Program-made: the position numbers and the translations under genes
In this document: positions 31,292 through 41,291 of the stretch, piece after piece
How positions within the stretch are numbered: position 1 is the stretch's first letter
Layout of the letters: each line of letters opens with the position of its first letter
Notes under the pieces: model-generated
Database searches by the model: none
What the model was told of the DNA's origin: nothing
Seen by the model: only the letters and a program-made list of their open reading frames with translations
Assembly: GCA_963846575.1 (NCBI GenBank)
Contig: CAWJWJ010000001.1
Coordinates: 288,001-352,000 of the forward strand
Direction: 5' to 3'
Length of the DNA: 64,000 nucleotides
Source of the DNA: an uncultured Nitrospiraceae bacterium
GTDB taxonomy: Bacteria > Nitrospirota > Nitrospiria > Nitrospirales > Nitrospiraceae

Positions 31292-32671
31292 TTATTCGTC
31301 CGGATGCGGTTTGGCTTCGATTTCGGCCAGCTTCCGGTACAGCGTCTTTCGGTCGATGCCTAGCACATGGGCGGCCTGATACTTGTTGCCACCGGTTTTT
31401 TCCAGGATCTTGACGATGTATTCCTTCTCCACCTCGTGGAGCGGCAGCGTACGTTCGGCCGCTTCATCCAGGATACGCCGATCCCCCCGTGCCCCCTGGA
31501 CCTGCACGGGCAAATCGTCCGCTCCGATCATTTCGGCATGGCTCAGCGTCACGGCCCGCTCGATCACGTTCTCCAACTCCCTCACGTTGCCCGGCCAGGC
31601 ATAATCGACGAGCATGGCCAGCGCCGCCTCACCGACGCCCTTGACCTGCTTATCACGCGCCTGGGCACACTTTTTCAAGAACGAATCCACGAGGATCGGA
31701 ATGTCCTCCCGACGGTCACGCAAGGCCGGAAGGTGCACTTCAATGACGTTGAGCCGATAATAAAAATCTTCCCGGAACCGCTTCTGCTTGACCTCTTCAG
31801 CCAGATTGAGATTCGTCGCGGCAATGATCCTGACATCGACAGGGATCGATTTCGTGGCACCGACCCGTCGGATCTCCCGCTCTTGTATGGCCCGCAGGAG
31901 TTTCGCCTGCAGCATCAGCGGCAGTTCACTGATTTCGTCAAGGAACAGCGTGCCTTTTTGCGCCTCCTCAAACAGGCCGCGTTTATCCATTTTGGCATCG
32001 GTGAAAGAACCTCGCATGTGGCCGAACAGCTCGCTCTCCAACAATTGTTCCGGTATGGCGGCGCAATTGACGGGAACGAAGGGCGCATCGCGCCGGTCGC
32101 TGTTGTAGTGAATGGCCTTCGCGACCAGCTCCTTTCCCGTGCCGCTTTCGCCCGTGATCAAGACATTGGTGGGGCTGTCAGCTACGCGCCGGATCAGGTC
32201 GAACACGGCCTGCATCGACTTACTTTTTCCGAGAATCTGATGGAAGCTGTATTCCTTGTGCACCTCTTTTCGAAGCCGGCTGACCTCCCGCCGGAGTCCG
32301 GACTCACGGATGGCCCGCTCGACTACTCGAACCAGTTCCTCGGTCTTCACCGGCTTGGTGAGATAGTCGCTGGCGCCATACCGCATGGCCTCGACCGCCG
32401 TTTCAACCGATCCAAAGGCGGTCATCAGGATGACCCCGACATCGGGATAGGCGCGTTTGACTTCGGATAGGAGCTCGGTCCCCAACATGCCCTTCATGCG
32501 GAGGTCGGTCAACACCACCGCATAATCCCCTTCACCAAGCTGCGTGAGTGCATCCTCGCCGTTGCCGACACCGACGCAGTGATGTCCTCGACCGTGCAAC
32601 ACGTCGCAGAGCAGGCTGCGCATGTCCGCGTCATCATCGACCACTAACACCGCGCCACTATTCTCGGTCAT
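31292..32671 (-). CDS. sigma-54-dependent response regulator (REC-AAA+-HTH, NtrC/AtoC family)
   Basis: GESGTGKE, ELFGHMRGSFTDA (GAFTGA variant), LFLDEI, WPGNVREL, LGIDRKTLYRKL. Confidence 0.95.
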   Translation of the reverse strand: MTENSGAVLVVDDDADMRSLLCDVLHGRGHHCVGVGNGEDALTQLGEGDYAVVLTDLRMKGMLGTELLSEVKRAYPDVGVILMTAFGSVETAVEAMRYGASDYLTKPVKTEELVRVVERAIRESGLRREVSRLRKEVHKEYSFHQILGKSKSMQAVFDLIRRVADSPTNVLITGESGTGKELVAKAIHYNSDRRDAPFVPVNCAAIPEQLLESELFGHMRGSFTDAKMDKRGLFEEAQKGTLFLDEISELPLMLQAKLLRAIQEREIRRVGATKSIPVDVRIIAATNLNLAEEVKQKRFREDFYYRLNVIEVHLPALRDRREDIPILVDSFLKKCAQARDKQVKGVGEAALAMLVDYAWPGNVRELENVIERAVTLSHAEMIGADDLPVQVQGARGDRRILDEAAERTLPLHEVEKEYIVKILEKTGGNKYQAAHVLGIDRKTLYRKLAEIEAKPHPDE

Positions 32672-32728
32672 ACGATTTCCTTCACTGACGTCCTCATCGC
32701 AACGATCCATGGGGCAGCTTGCGCGGAC

Positions 32729-32805
32729 AGACTAATCACCTATTCAGGGGCGGTCAAGGGGCATCACGCCGCACCTGTTCACTCTCACTGTCGCTAAATG
32801 CCCCA
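32729..32805 (-). promoter_or_regulatory. sigma-70 promoter of the activator gene, overlapped by paired palindromic sites
   Basis: Minus strand TTGACC-17-TAGTCT (32757..32729); sites AGGGGCATCACGCCGCA (32757) and TGTCGCTAAATGCCCCA (32789), 32 bp apart. Confidence 0.65.
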
Positions 32806-32888
32806 GCCGCCTCTTCGTGACCGATCCTTGAGAGCGCGAATTATCCGCCCGCTCCTCTCACATTAGCCCTGGCCTCACGGACTCGAAT

Positions 32889-32904
32889 CGGCACTTCTCT
32901 TGCG
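32889..32904 (+). promoter_or_regulatory. sigma-54 -24/-12 promoter (divergent)
   Basis: CGGCACTTCTCTTGCG. Confidence 0.75.
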
Positions 32905-32918
32905 TCTTATCGGTCGCA

Positions 32919-33173
32919 ATGGGAGCTGCTGCATGGACCGCGACCCCTTTAAACCGGAAACACCACCCTCTTCCAGCCAGGCCACCACGCTCCTGGCACA
33001 TTCTCCGGTTGTGCAAAGTCAGGGCCAGGGCCCGCCTCACGACCTGTGACAGCGACATCTTTCGCGCCCCGGCCGAAGGGTTGGCGCATATTCCCGGTGC
33101 GATGGCAGTCATCGGCATCCTGAGCGCCGGCCTTGGGTACTGGCGGTCCGGCCCGCCGGTCATACTTCACTAG
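32919..33173 (+). CDS. small hypothetical protein with C-terminal hydrophobic helix (start and frame uncertain)
   Basis: Directly downstream of the sigma-54 promoter; the RBS GGGAG fits ATG 32933, which is in a different frame. Confidence 0.4.
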   Translation: MGAAAWTATPLNRKHHPLPARPPRSWHILRLCKVRARARLTTCDSDIFRAPAEGLAHIPGAMAVIGILSAGLGYWRSGPPVILH

Positions 33174-33288
33174 AAGACCCCGTCGGCATCTTCTTCGGCT
33201 TACCCGGCCAACAGGCCTCGCGGATGAATCCGATCGAGTCCCTGCACTATGAGTAGGTTGTGTCACATTCGACGGAGGAGAAAGCGGA

Positions 33289-34218
33289 CTATTTTCCCGG
33301 CACCTGTTGTTCCGCATGGTAGGAGCTTCGAACCAGCGGGCCCGATTCGACGTGGCGGAATCCCAGGGCCCGGCCTTCCGTTTTCAAGGCGGCAAATTCA
33401 TCAGGGTGATAGAAACGCGCCACGGACAGGTGCTCTTTCGTCGGCTGCAGATATTGGCCCATGGTCATGATGTCGCAGTCGACCGACCGCAGGTCGCGCA
33501 TGACCTCGCGAGCCTCGTCCGTTGTCTCGCCCATGCCGAGGATCAAGCCCGACTTGGTCGTCATGCCCATGTGTTTGGCGCGGCCGAGCAATTCGACCGA
33601 GCGCTGATATTTTCCCTGCGGCCTGATTGAGGGAAAGAGCCGCCTCACCGTTTCGATATTGTGATTCAGAATGTCGGGCCGTTCGGCTGCCACCAGAGCC
33701 AACGCCTCCTCGTTTCCCTCGAAGTCGGGAATCAACACCTCAATCGTGCAGCTGGGAATGAGCCGCCGGATATGGCGAATCGTGTCGGCAAACACCGAGG
33801 CGCCTCCATCATCCAGTTCGTCCCGGTTGACCGATGTAATGACCGCATGTCTGAGACTGAGCGCCTGGATGGCTTCCGCGACACGCAGGGGCTCCCCGCG
33901 ATCCACTTCATGCGGGCGGCCGGTGGCGACGGAACAATAGTGGCATCGCCGCGTGCAAATATCGCCGAGAATCAGAAAGGTGGCAGTGCGCGCATTCCAA
34001 CATTCCCACACATTCGGACAACGGGCTTCCTCGCAGATCGTGTGCAGATTGAGCCGATCCATGGTGTTCCGGATATCCTGATAGTCCGGACCGGTCTGAA
34101 GACGAACCTTGAACCAGGGCGGCAGGCGGCGGGGCGGCTGTTCCGGCAGGGAGTGACCGTCGGACAGTCCCGGCTCCTCGCCTGCTTTTCGCAGCCCTGC
34201 TATTGGAATAAACGTCAC
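33289..34218 (-). CDS. lipA: lipoyl synthase
   Basis: CEEARCPNVWEC, CTRRCHYC, VRSSYHA. Confidence 0.95.
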   Translation of the reverse strand: MTFIPIAGLRKAGEEPGLSDGHSLPEQPPRRLPPWFKVRLQTGPDYQDIRNTMDRLNLHTICEEARCPNVWECWNARTATFLILGDICTRRCHYCSVATGRPHEVDRGEPLRVAEAIQALSLRHAVITSVNRDELDDGGASVFADTIRHIRRLIPSCTIEVLIPDFEGNEEALALVAAERPDILNHNIETVRRLFPSIRPQGKYQRSVELLGRAKHMGMTTKSGLILGMGETTDEAREVMRDLRSVDCDIMTMGQYLQPTKEHLSVARFYHPDEFAALKTEGRALGFRHVESGPLVRSSYHAEQQVPGK

Positions 34219-34470
34219 GAATTCACCGGGGGAGCCACGAGTTCCTGAGGAGTCGGCACAGCCTGCCTTATCGTGGCGGCGGACGCTGAGTTGGCCTTAT
34301 TAATCGGACGAGGCGTGACGCAGCCGGCCAAGGCCCTCGCAATTTCCTCGTCGGGCTCGGCAAGGACCGCGATCATGGTTCCCGACTGCATGGTTTCTCC
34401 ATTCGGCACGAGCTTCTTGTAGAGGGTGCCGGGGCAACGGCCTCGAGGTCCATGACGGCTTTGCCGGCTC
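34215..34470 (-). pseudogene. remnant of the lipoyl domain of a dehydrogenase E2 subunit (pdhC-like)
   Basis: KAVMDLEAVAP / GTLYKKLVPNGETMQSGTMIAVLAEPDEEI across a frameshift; no catalytic domain. Confidence 0.7.
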
Positions 34471-34855
34471 CCGCTGCGCGTCATTATGCATGGGCGCGAC
34501 GAGACTACTCAACCCTGATGTTCACGGGCCGGCATCAGGCAGGCCCTTTGCCCCTGCTCTCGATCCGCTCTGTTCAACACGCGACGAATGCGGACGGAGC
34601 TCACGGAGAGGTGCGCAGGCGGATCAAACCAGGCGGGATGACGGTCGAGGAATCTTCCTCGAGATGGATTGCCCGGAGCGTGAGCGCGCGAACCGGGCCA
34701 CGATGCCGGGCGTGGCCATGGTCCATAACCAGGGCATGGAACCATTCCAGGGGTCTCAATGGAAGGAGTCACTCACCAGGGTCGACCGTGCCCGCATTCT
34801 CCCGGCAGCCTCGACATCGTTGAAACCGACGGAGCTCAAGCGGCGACGTACATCG

Positions 34856-35185
34856 TTATTTTGCCACGAAGTGTTCGCGACGGCTTACCGCCACGTCACT
34901 GACGAACAGGGTCCCGGAATGTTTGGTAAATATGGGGCTGAGTCCGGCCAGGATCGGCTCAATCCGCTCCTCCGGCACGACCGTAAATACGATGACCTGG
35001 CTGCTGGTATCATTGAACAACAGGTGCCCCTCATGGAATCCATGATGCCCTTTTCCCGACACGCTGTTGATGATGGTATACCCGGTCGCGCCGACGCGAT
35101 CGAGCAGGTCCGTCACGAACTTCAGGTGCTCGCCTTGCATCACGATCTTAATTTCTTTCATGGGATGTAGCGTGAGTCCGCCCAT
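34856..35185 (-). CDS. PII-superfamily (SbtB/DUF190-like) protein
   Basis: MKEIKIV, GATGYTII..VSGKGHHG, GTLFVSDVAVSR. Confidence 0.85.
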   Translation of the reverse strand: MGGLTLHPMKEIKIVMQGEHLKFVTDLLDRVGATGYTIINSVSGKGHHGFHEGHLLFNDTSSQVIVFTVVPEERIEPILAGLSPIFTKHSGTLFVSDVAVSRREHFVAK

Positions 35186-38100
35186 CAGCTGCTCCTCCTT
35201 CTCCATGTAATGCCGTCCATCCGGTCAAGACTTCATACTGATACATCTTCGCATCATCGGGATCCAGCGCCACCAGCGATACCCACTCCAAGTCGAACAG
35301 TCGTTCGAGCAGGGGATGTTTCAGAATGATGGCTCGAATGCGCTCTCTCGGCGCCTCGATCACGGTGAGTAATCGCATCGGTTCGTGATAGGGCTCCGCG
35401 CCATTGAACACGGTTTGAGCCGGCAAGCCGATCCGGAGATCGCTGCTCACTCCGCTCATCACGCCCACTCGGGAGACCACATTATGGTAGACCTTGCTGC
35501 CACTCCCATACACTTCGTTATCGACCGTGGAAAAATAATGTTCCATGTTGATCCATTGGGCGACGACGAGGGGAGCGGTCATGATGGCTTCCAACAGTTT
35601 TCCTGAATCATCCTGCCGATGGTCGTAAGAATGAAGAAAAGCCCGTCCCTCTAAGTCGAGCGTTCGGGTGACGTCCCGTCGCCCGACGATGAGCAGGCTG
35701 TTCTTCGACAGGCCCCACTCGGGACGGACCTGCGCCCAATCCGTGCTCCTCCGCTGTGCGCGCATTTGCGCCACGCCCGCCTGCTGGGCGGCCGACAGGC
35801 CATCCAGCGCGATACCATGTTCGAGCGCGGCTTGCGCACCCGCCTCCTTGAGGTCCGCCAGCAGGCGGGACAGGTCTTTGCGATGGGTCGCCGGCACGTC
35901 TTCCATGTCCACGATCCGCACCTCATTACAGGTCGTGTCGTGCTCCGCGGCGAGAAAATGAGTATCGCTGGGAATCTTGATGCCCCGCGCCTTCAGCAAG
36001 TCACGGACGGAGGGACGGTTCGCCATCGACGCGAAGGCTCGTGCGTTCGGCAACCCGTTATTGCCGCCGCAGGCTCCGCAATCCAAAGCCGACTCATAGG
36101 GATTGTTGTCTGACGTACTGCCATGTGCGCAGAACACGATCAGCCTAGCGAAGTTGGAGGTGAATCCCATCAGCCGGAGCCCGGCTTCGACCCCGTAGGC
36201 CTGCTCCGCCACAGAAAACCCGTTCTGCGTGATACGAGCCAACCGGCTGGAGATGCCGCGGGGTGTGATATTCAACTGCTGCCGCAACCGCTCATACAGC
36301 GCGTCTTCGTCGGCGGGTGAAATCCCCAAGGTTTCGGCGACGTTTCCGTTCTTATGATCTTCGAGTCCCTCCAGCACCCGGATGCGGATCGTTTCGATCA
36401 ATGCTGGCGTGACGGATGACCCCCGCAAGTGGAACTCGTCGAGCAGGATCTGCCGGATATGCGCGCGCTGTTCCGCCGCGACGATCTCCACGGCCTCTTC
36501 TCTCGTCAGCTTATCAATCGTCATGGTCGTAGCCAAGGGCGGCAGAAAAATCTCTGTCAGCCATTGCTTGACCCGGTGGTACCAGAGCGGACAGAGCGTT
36601 TTCCCGAACAGCGGAAGACTGAAGAACCAACCCAACGCTTCCACCATGACGTAGGGAGTGATCACGTTTTCCTTGAGATCGTGCAGGAGCGCATGACCCG
36701 CCTTGGTGAGTTGCGCCGCAAAACGATGCCGCTCCGCCGTTTCGCCATGATAGCTGCGGGGGATCTCTCTGATCTGATTCTTGGGTTTCAGCAGCACCGG
36801 ACAATGCGTCACACTGTGCTCGGCGCCAAAAGACTGGTACTCCAGCGGAATACCGAAGAAGCCTGCCAGGCCGAAGGTTTCATAACCGCCGCGATTCTCA
36901 AGATGCCGCCGGAATACTTCTGAGCGCACGTCGATACAATGCACCATCTGCGCCAGGGGTCGCGACCGTTGAGTCACGCCGGGATGGTGACCCGTGGCCC
37001 GCAGCTGTTCCAGCGCGCCTTCCAGCTTGGCCACCACGTGATGGCGATGACGGGCTTCCATCGCCTGCAGCCATCGCCGGCCCTGCTGAGCAGGAGGAAA
37101 TCCTTCCAGCCAGTTGAGTAAGGTCGTCACATCGGAAGGCGTCGTTTCGAGGATGGCTTCCGCTGTGACAGACGTCGCGCGCGCGAGCGCCAACAGTTGC
37201 CGTGCCAAGGTCCGGGCCGTTTCTTGTGCACGCGCCTTGGCGGTCTCCTCGTAGATCTCCTTCCCCACCGCCTCCCACTCTTGCGGCGGCCTGGTGCGAG
37301 CCCTGACCAGTGCTTGAGCCTGCGCGGCGGCCGCTCGTGAAAGTTTCCCGCTGACGAGCTCGCGCCGCAGCCAGTACCCATAGGGAACGCTATGCATATA
37401 ATTGCGGATCGCATCGAAGCACCCGGCGATCCCGAGCTTTTCTTCGCAGTGCAGCGACACCAACTCGCGTTCATAAAACAATCGCACCGCCAGGTATTTG
37501 ACCAGGTCGATGGGATAGGTGGCCTGCCATGGATAATACTGCTCATCCGATCGCCACTTGATGAAGCCGGTCCAGCCCGGCAGTGCCGACAAGTGCCACG
37601 AGAGATAGGATTCCCAATTCAATTTGGGAATGCCCATGATGGCGAGGCTCTGAAGCAGTGCATCGTCCGACCGGTCTTCCAGGGCGGCAATCTTGTTCGG
37701 CCCGTTCTTCACCCCCAGCAATCCTAGACTGCTATCGTATTGCGCCAGCGCCTTCCAGGCCCGATAGAATTTCTCCTCGCGCCGCGGCATGGTCCACGAC
37801 GCCTCGCCTTCATCGAGGAACGCGCTGCACCACTTGATCATCTGCTCATTGATGGTCGAGACAATCTCCGTCCCGAGCGTCCGGTCGCACCAGACCGACA
37901 AGGGTTCTCTCGTGGGGAGTTCCACCGGTTCCCATGGAGTCAGTGGCACAAGAAATCGGTCTACCGTCTCGTTTAATGCCGTGGTGAGCCATGCGGTCAA
38001 TCGAGCGACCGGGTCATCCTCCCGAACGGAGGGTTCGGAAGGCTCCGGCGGGAGTTCGCCCAGTCCATGGATCATGGACAACCGAAGCACCTCCAGGTGC

Positions 38101-38420
38101 GAGAGCTCACGTCCGCCGAACAGGACGCGCTTCTCCACCGTGATGGAGGCGAGGACATCCGTGAGATCCTCGGCGCGAATGCGGCCCTGCTCAAAATACC
38201 GCCGGTACGTGGCAGTGGGGAGATAGCCCTGGCCCCCCAGCAGTTGCTCACCCCGCTTCACGGCTCGATCGAAGGGCAGTTCTTCCAGGCCATGAAGAGG
38301 ATTGTGGTGAATGAACGTCCGCATGGGCCAATAATGCGCGATCGCCTCACCGGCCAACTGCACATAAGAGCGCAGTTCCATCCGCTCTGTGTCTGAAGTT
38401 CTGACCTGTGCAGTACTCAT
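35148..38420 (-). CDS. dabA: inorganic carbon pump subunit DabA (DUF2309)
   Basis: WPMRTFIHHNPLHGLE, CIDVRSE, HGS, LDCGACGG Zn ligands, DWAQVRPEWGL. Confidence 0.93.
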   Translation of the reverse strand: MSTAQVRTSDTERMELRSYVQLAGEAIAHYWPMRTFIHHNPLHGLEELPFDRAVKRGEQLLGGQGYLPTATYRRYFEQGRIRAEDLTDVLASITVEKRVLFGGRELSHLEVLRLSMIHGLGELPPEPSEPSVREDDPVARLTAWLTTALNETVDRFLVPLTPWEPVELPTREPLSVWCDRTLGTEIVSTINEQMIKWCSAFLDEGEASWTMPRREEKFYRAWKALAQYDSSLGLLGVKNGPNKIAALEDRSDDALLQSLAIMGIPKLNWESYLSWHLSALPGWTGFIKWRSDEQYYPWQATYPIDLVKYLAVRLFYERELVSLHCEEKLGIAGCFDAIRNYMHSVPYGYWLRRELVSGKLSRAAAAQAQALVRARTRPPQEWEAVGKEIYEETAKARAQETARTLARQLLALARATSVTAEAILETTPSDVTTLLNWLEGFPPAQQGRRWLQAMEARHRHHVVAKLEGALEQLRATGHHPGVTQRSRPLAQMVHCIDVRSEVFRRHLENRGGYETFGLAGFFGIPLEYQSFGAEHSVTHCPVLLKPKNQIREIPRSYHGETAERHRFAAQLTKAGHALLHDLKENVITPYVMVEALGWFFSLPLFGKTLCPLWYHRVKQWLTEIFLPPLATTMTIDKLTREEAVEIVAAEQRAHIRQILLDEFHLRGSSVTPALIETIRIRVLEGLEDHKNGNVAETLGISPADEDALYERLRQQLNITPRGISSRLARITQNGFSVAEQAYGVEAGLRLMGFTSNFARLIVFCAHGSTSDNNPYESALDCGACGGNNGLPNARAFASMANRPSVRDLLKARGIKIPSDTHFLAAEHDTTCNEVRIVDMEDVPATHRKDLSRLLADLKEAGAQAALEHGIALDGLSAAQQAGVAQMRAQRRSTDWAQVRPEWGLSKNSLLIVGRRDVTRTLDLEGRAFLHSYDHRQDDSGKLLEAIMTAPLVVAQWINMEHYFSTVDNEVYGSGSKVYHNVVSRVGVMSGVSSDLRIGLPAQTVFNGAEPYHEPMRLLTVIEAPRERIRAIILKHPLLERLFDLEWVSLVALDPDDAKMYQYEVLTGWTALHGEGGAADGRTHATSHERN

Positions 38421-38458
38421 TCCGCTCCTGTCTGTTTCCGGTCCGTCTCGCCGTGCGG

Positions 38459-40123
38459 TTAGGTCCGTCGGCACTGTCTTCCTACGGCACGAACGAGATC
38501 CTCAACGTAGAGGCCGTTGAGAAAGGCCACGTACGCCCTCACGCGAACACGCTCTACCCATGACGGCATCAAGAGTCTGATTCCATGTGCCCTGCCGTAA
38601 ATGAAGATCCATGCCGCGACGATCAGCAAGGCAGACACGATGACGAATACGTCGAACAGGCTTTGATTCCACCCGGCGGCTTGGAAGTAGCCGGCGGCCG
38701 TTCCCGGCACCGGATATAAGAAATGTGTGAAGGCGTTCCCTGCCCAGAGATACGTAACTCCGATCAGCGACAACGACCCGAGCATGGTCAGGGACACCTT
38801 CCAGGAGGCCACGCCTTGTAGACGATACAAACTGAACACCGCCTGTGACGACGTCACCCAGCCGAAAAAGAGGAAGATCACCGATCCCTGCTCCTCGAGC
38901 AAGGGAATCTGCACGAGACCATGCGCGGCAAGCAGAATAATCAGCGGCAAAATAAGCGTGACTGCAAAACCCGTTGCCCAGGTGACCGGCGAAAAAGACT
39001 TGGCCTCCTCCACCTCCGAGACCGGCGGCAGTTTGAACTCCTCTCTCGCCTTGTGGATATTCGCTCCGGAGTTTAAGAACAGGGTGGCCTTAAACAGGCC
39101 GTGCGCGCAAAGATGGAAGACCGCGAGCGCGAAAGCGCCTAACCCGCACTCCATCACCATGTACCCCATCTGTCCCATCGTGGAATAGACGAGGGTCCGT
39201 TTGATGCTGGCCTGCGTCAACATCGTCGTAGCGCCGATCAAGGCCGTGAGCCCCCCGATCAGAAACATCAGATGCAGCGTCGTCGGCGCGAGCCCGTAGA
39301 GGGGCGCCATCCGGTTCACCAGAAACCCTCCGGCATTCACAATTCCGGCGTGCAGGAGGGCGGAGACGGGCGTCGGTGCCTCGATCGTCCCCGGCAACCA
39401 GATGTGAAAGGGAAACTGCGCCGACTTGGTCATCACCGAGAGTAGCAGGAGCAGGGTCGTGAGCGAGGACACATAGACCTCCGCCCCCACCAGAGGAATG
39501 GACAAGAGCGCCGGCGCCGCCTGGAGTCGACTGAACAGCTCGCTCAGCTCGAACGTGCCGTAGGCCTGATGCAGCACGACCAGCGCGCAGAGAAATGCCG
39601 CGTCGCCGATCCCTTGTATCCATAACGTTCTCCGGGCGGCTTTTCCCGCGGCCGGACTCGAAGAATTAAAGGCCAGCAGCGCGGCGAGCAGCCAGGTGAT
39701 CAAATGCCACCAGACAAACAACCAGAGCAGATTCCCGCTAGTCACAAGACTCAATAAGACGAACGTCAGGATTCCCAGGAGGGCAAAAAATCGAACATAG
39801 CCTCGATCACCCACCATGTACCGTGCGGAATACACATGGATGAGCAGGCTCACCAGACTGATCAGAACCAGCATGACGGCGGCCAGCCGGTCAACGACCA
39901 GCGTGTAGTCGAGTGCCCCGGACGGTAGGCCCCAGAGAACGAGGCGAATAGTCGCCCCTTGAACCACCAGCACCAGGGTCGAGAGGGAGGCCAGCGCAGC
40001 TATCCAGAGCGATACGATTCCGATCCGGGCCGTACGCTCGCCGAGATCCAGTCCGAAGGCCTTGATCAAAAGGGCACTGACCAACGGCGCAAAGATGGCG
40101 ACAAGGGGGATTATCGATTCCAT
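38459..40123 (-). CDS. dabB: inorganic carbon pump membrane subunit DabB (NuoL-like)
   Basis: KSAQFPFHIWLP.TIEAPTPVSALLHAG, HGLFKATLFL; adjacent to dabA. Confidence 0.92.
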   Translation of the reverse strand: MESIIPLVAIFAPLVSALLIKAFGLDLGERTARIGIVSLWIAALASLSTLVLVVQGATIRLVLWGLPSGALDYTLVVDRLAAVMLVLISLVSLLIHVYSARYMVGDRGYVRFFALLGILTFVLLSLVTSGNLLWLFVWWHLITWLLAALLAFNSSSPAAGKAARRTLWIQGIGDAAFLCALVVLHQAYGTFELSELFSRLQAAPALLSIPLVGAEVYVSSLTTLLLLLSVMTKSAQFPFHIWLPGTIEAPTPVSALLHAGIVNAGGFLVNRMAPLYGLAPTTLHLMFLIGGLTALIGATTMLTQASIKRTLVYSTMGQMGYMVMECGLGAFALAVFHLCAHGLFKATLFLNSGANIHKAREEFKLPPVSEVEEAKSFSPVTWATGFAVTLILPLIILLAAHGLVQIPLLEEQGSVIFLFFGWVTSSQAVFSLYRLQGVASWKVSLTMLGSLSLIGVTYLWAGNAFTHFLYPVPGTAAGYFQAAGWNQSLFDVFVIVSALLIVAAWIFIYGRAHGIRLLMPSWVERVRVRAYVAFLNGLYVEDLVRAVGRQCRRT

Positions 40124-40531
40124 GTATAGTGGCTCCGTATAAAAAACACGGGATGTACGCAGGCAGATCAGCAAAAACAGGACATGACGATCCTCTTTGG
40201 TACGACCCGAGGCCAGTCCAGTGACGGGTGAATCGATCGCCGGTCAAAACGGGCAATCGTCCGGGAGACTTGAGTGGGCCTCCCGGGCCTCAGCGCACGT
40301 ACGTCAAGCGGTGCAGACCTCCTGGTGAACGGGCCAGAATGGATTCCTGAGAAGCCGATCGGACAGTCGCCGTGCGTTAGCAGTGATCCACAACTCCCGG
40401 CGTGCCCCCGACGCAGCATCGAACGAAGGGAGAGAGGATCCCTCTGATTCAGAACATTCCACATCACAACACGACGTCTTTCTCAGGGCAGGTTCTGCCC
40501 GCAACCTCACATCCGTCTCTGTGCGAACGTG

Positions 40532-41206
40532 TTACTTCACCTTGGCGAAATCGGCGTCGAACTGCAACAGCTGTCCGTCCTGCAACGTCACAATCACGGT
40601 TGTCTTCGCATTGGGATCAAACGTATCGTAGGCAAAGCGGGCAGTAAATCGCGACCGATAGGGAGGACCCTCGCCGTCATTCTTTCTGCCCCGATCGGCA
40701 GGGCTCACGTCCACCGGCCGGATGGTTTTTCCCTTCTGCTGAAAGACCACGTCGGCCTTCTCCGCAAAGTATTCATCATCCCCGCAGATCTGCACCTCGA
40801 CTTCCATGTTCGGCATGTCCACGACCTTCTGGATAAACTCGTCGGGCATGCGCACTTCTTTTTTCTGTTTTTTTGATTCCGCGGCTTCCTGTCTCCCAAA
40901 CGCTTCGAGCCGATATCGTTTGGTGCGCAATATGGCGCTTGCGCCGCAGGGATCCTTTTCAGGGTCCGCGCCCACTCTCGTGACCAGGGAAGCCTGCTGC
41001 AACACCTTCTTGACGTCTTCCGGCGAATTGGCCTTTTCCATCGGCGTCCGTCCGGCCTCCAGGGTTTTTTTCGCGTCCTCGGGTGACAATTTAATGTCAA
41101 TGGCCCAGACCATCCCGCTGACTCCCCAGATGATCGACCCGACCACGACACCGGCCAGACCAAGGACTTCCCGCCGCCGAGCTGCCATTCCACGATGAGT
41201 GCGCAT
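40532..41206 (-). CDS. exported hypothetical protein
   Basis: Signal peptide (VWA/ID), RBS GGGAGG, two Cys, charged globular sequence. Confidence 0.75.
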   Translation of the reverse strand: MRTHRGMAARRREVLGLAGVVVGSIIWGVSGMVWAIDIKLSPEDAKKTLEAGRTPMEKANSPEDVKKVLQQASLVTRVGADPEKDPCGASAILRTKRYRLEAFGRQEAAESKKQKKEVRMPDEFIQKVVDMPNMEVEVQICGDDEYFAEKADVVFQQKGKTIRPVDVSPADRGRKNDGEGPPYRSRFTARFAYDTFDPNAKTTVIVTLQDGQLLQFDADFAKVK

Positions 41207-41291
41207 GAGTACCTCCCTGACGCATCACTGAATAATGAGGCGCATTGTAATGGGTCAGAGAAGAGCTTTTCAATCTCACAGCGCACATCAA

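Noticed and set aside
29859..32470. Long antisense ORFs (468 aa and 367 aa)
   Set aside because: Shadow ORFs of the kinase and activator genes, common in high-GC DNA
34490..35170. 226-aa plus-strand ORF
   Set aside because: Largely antisense to the PII-like gene, with no recognisable motif
38459..40123. Respiratory complex I nuoL
   Set aside because: No other nuo genes are present; adjacency to DUF2309 defines DabB
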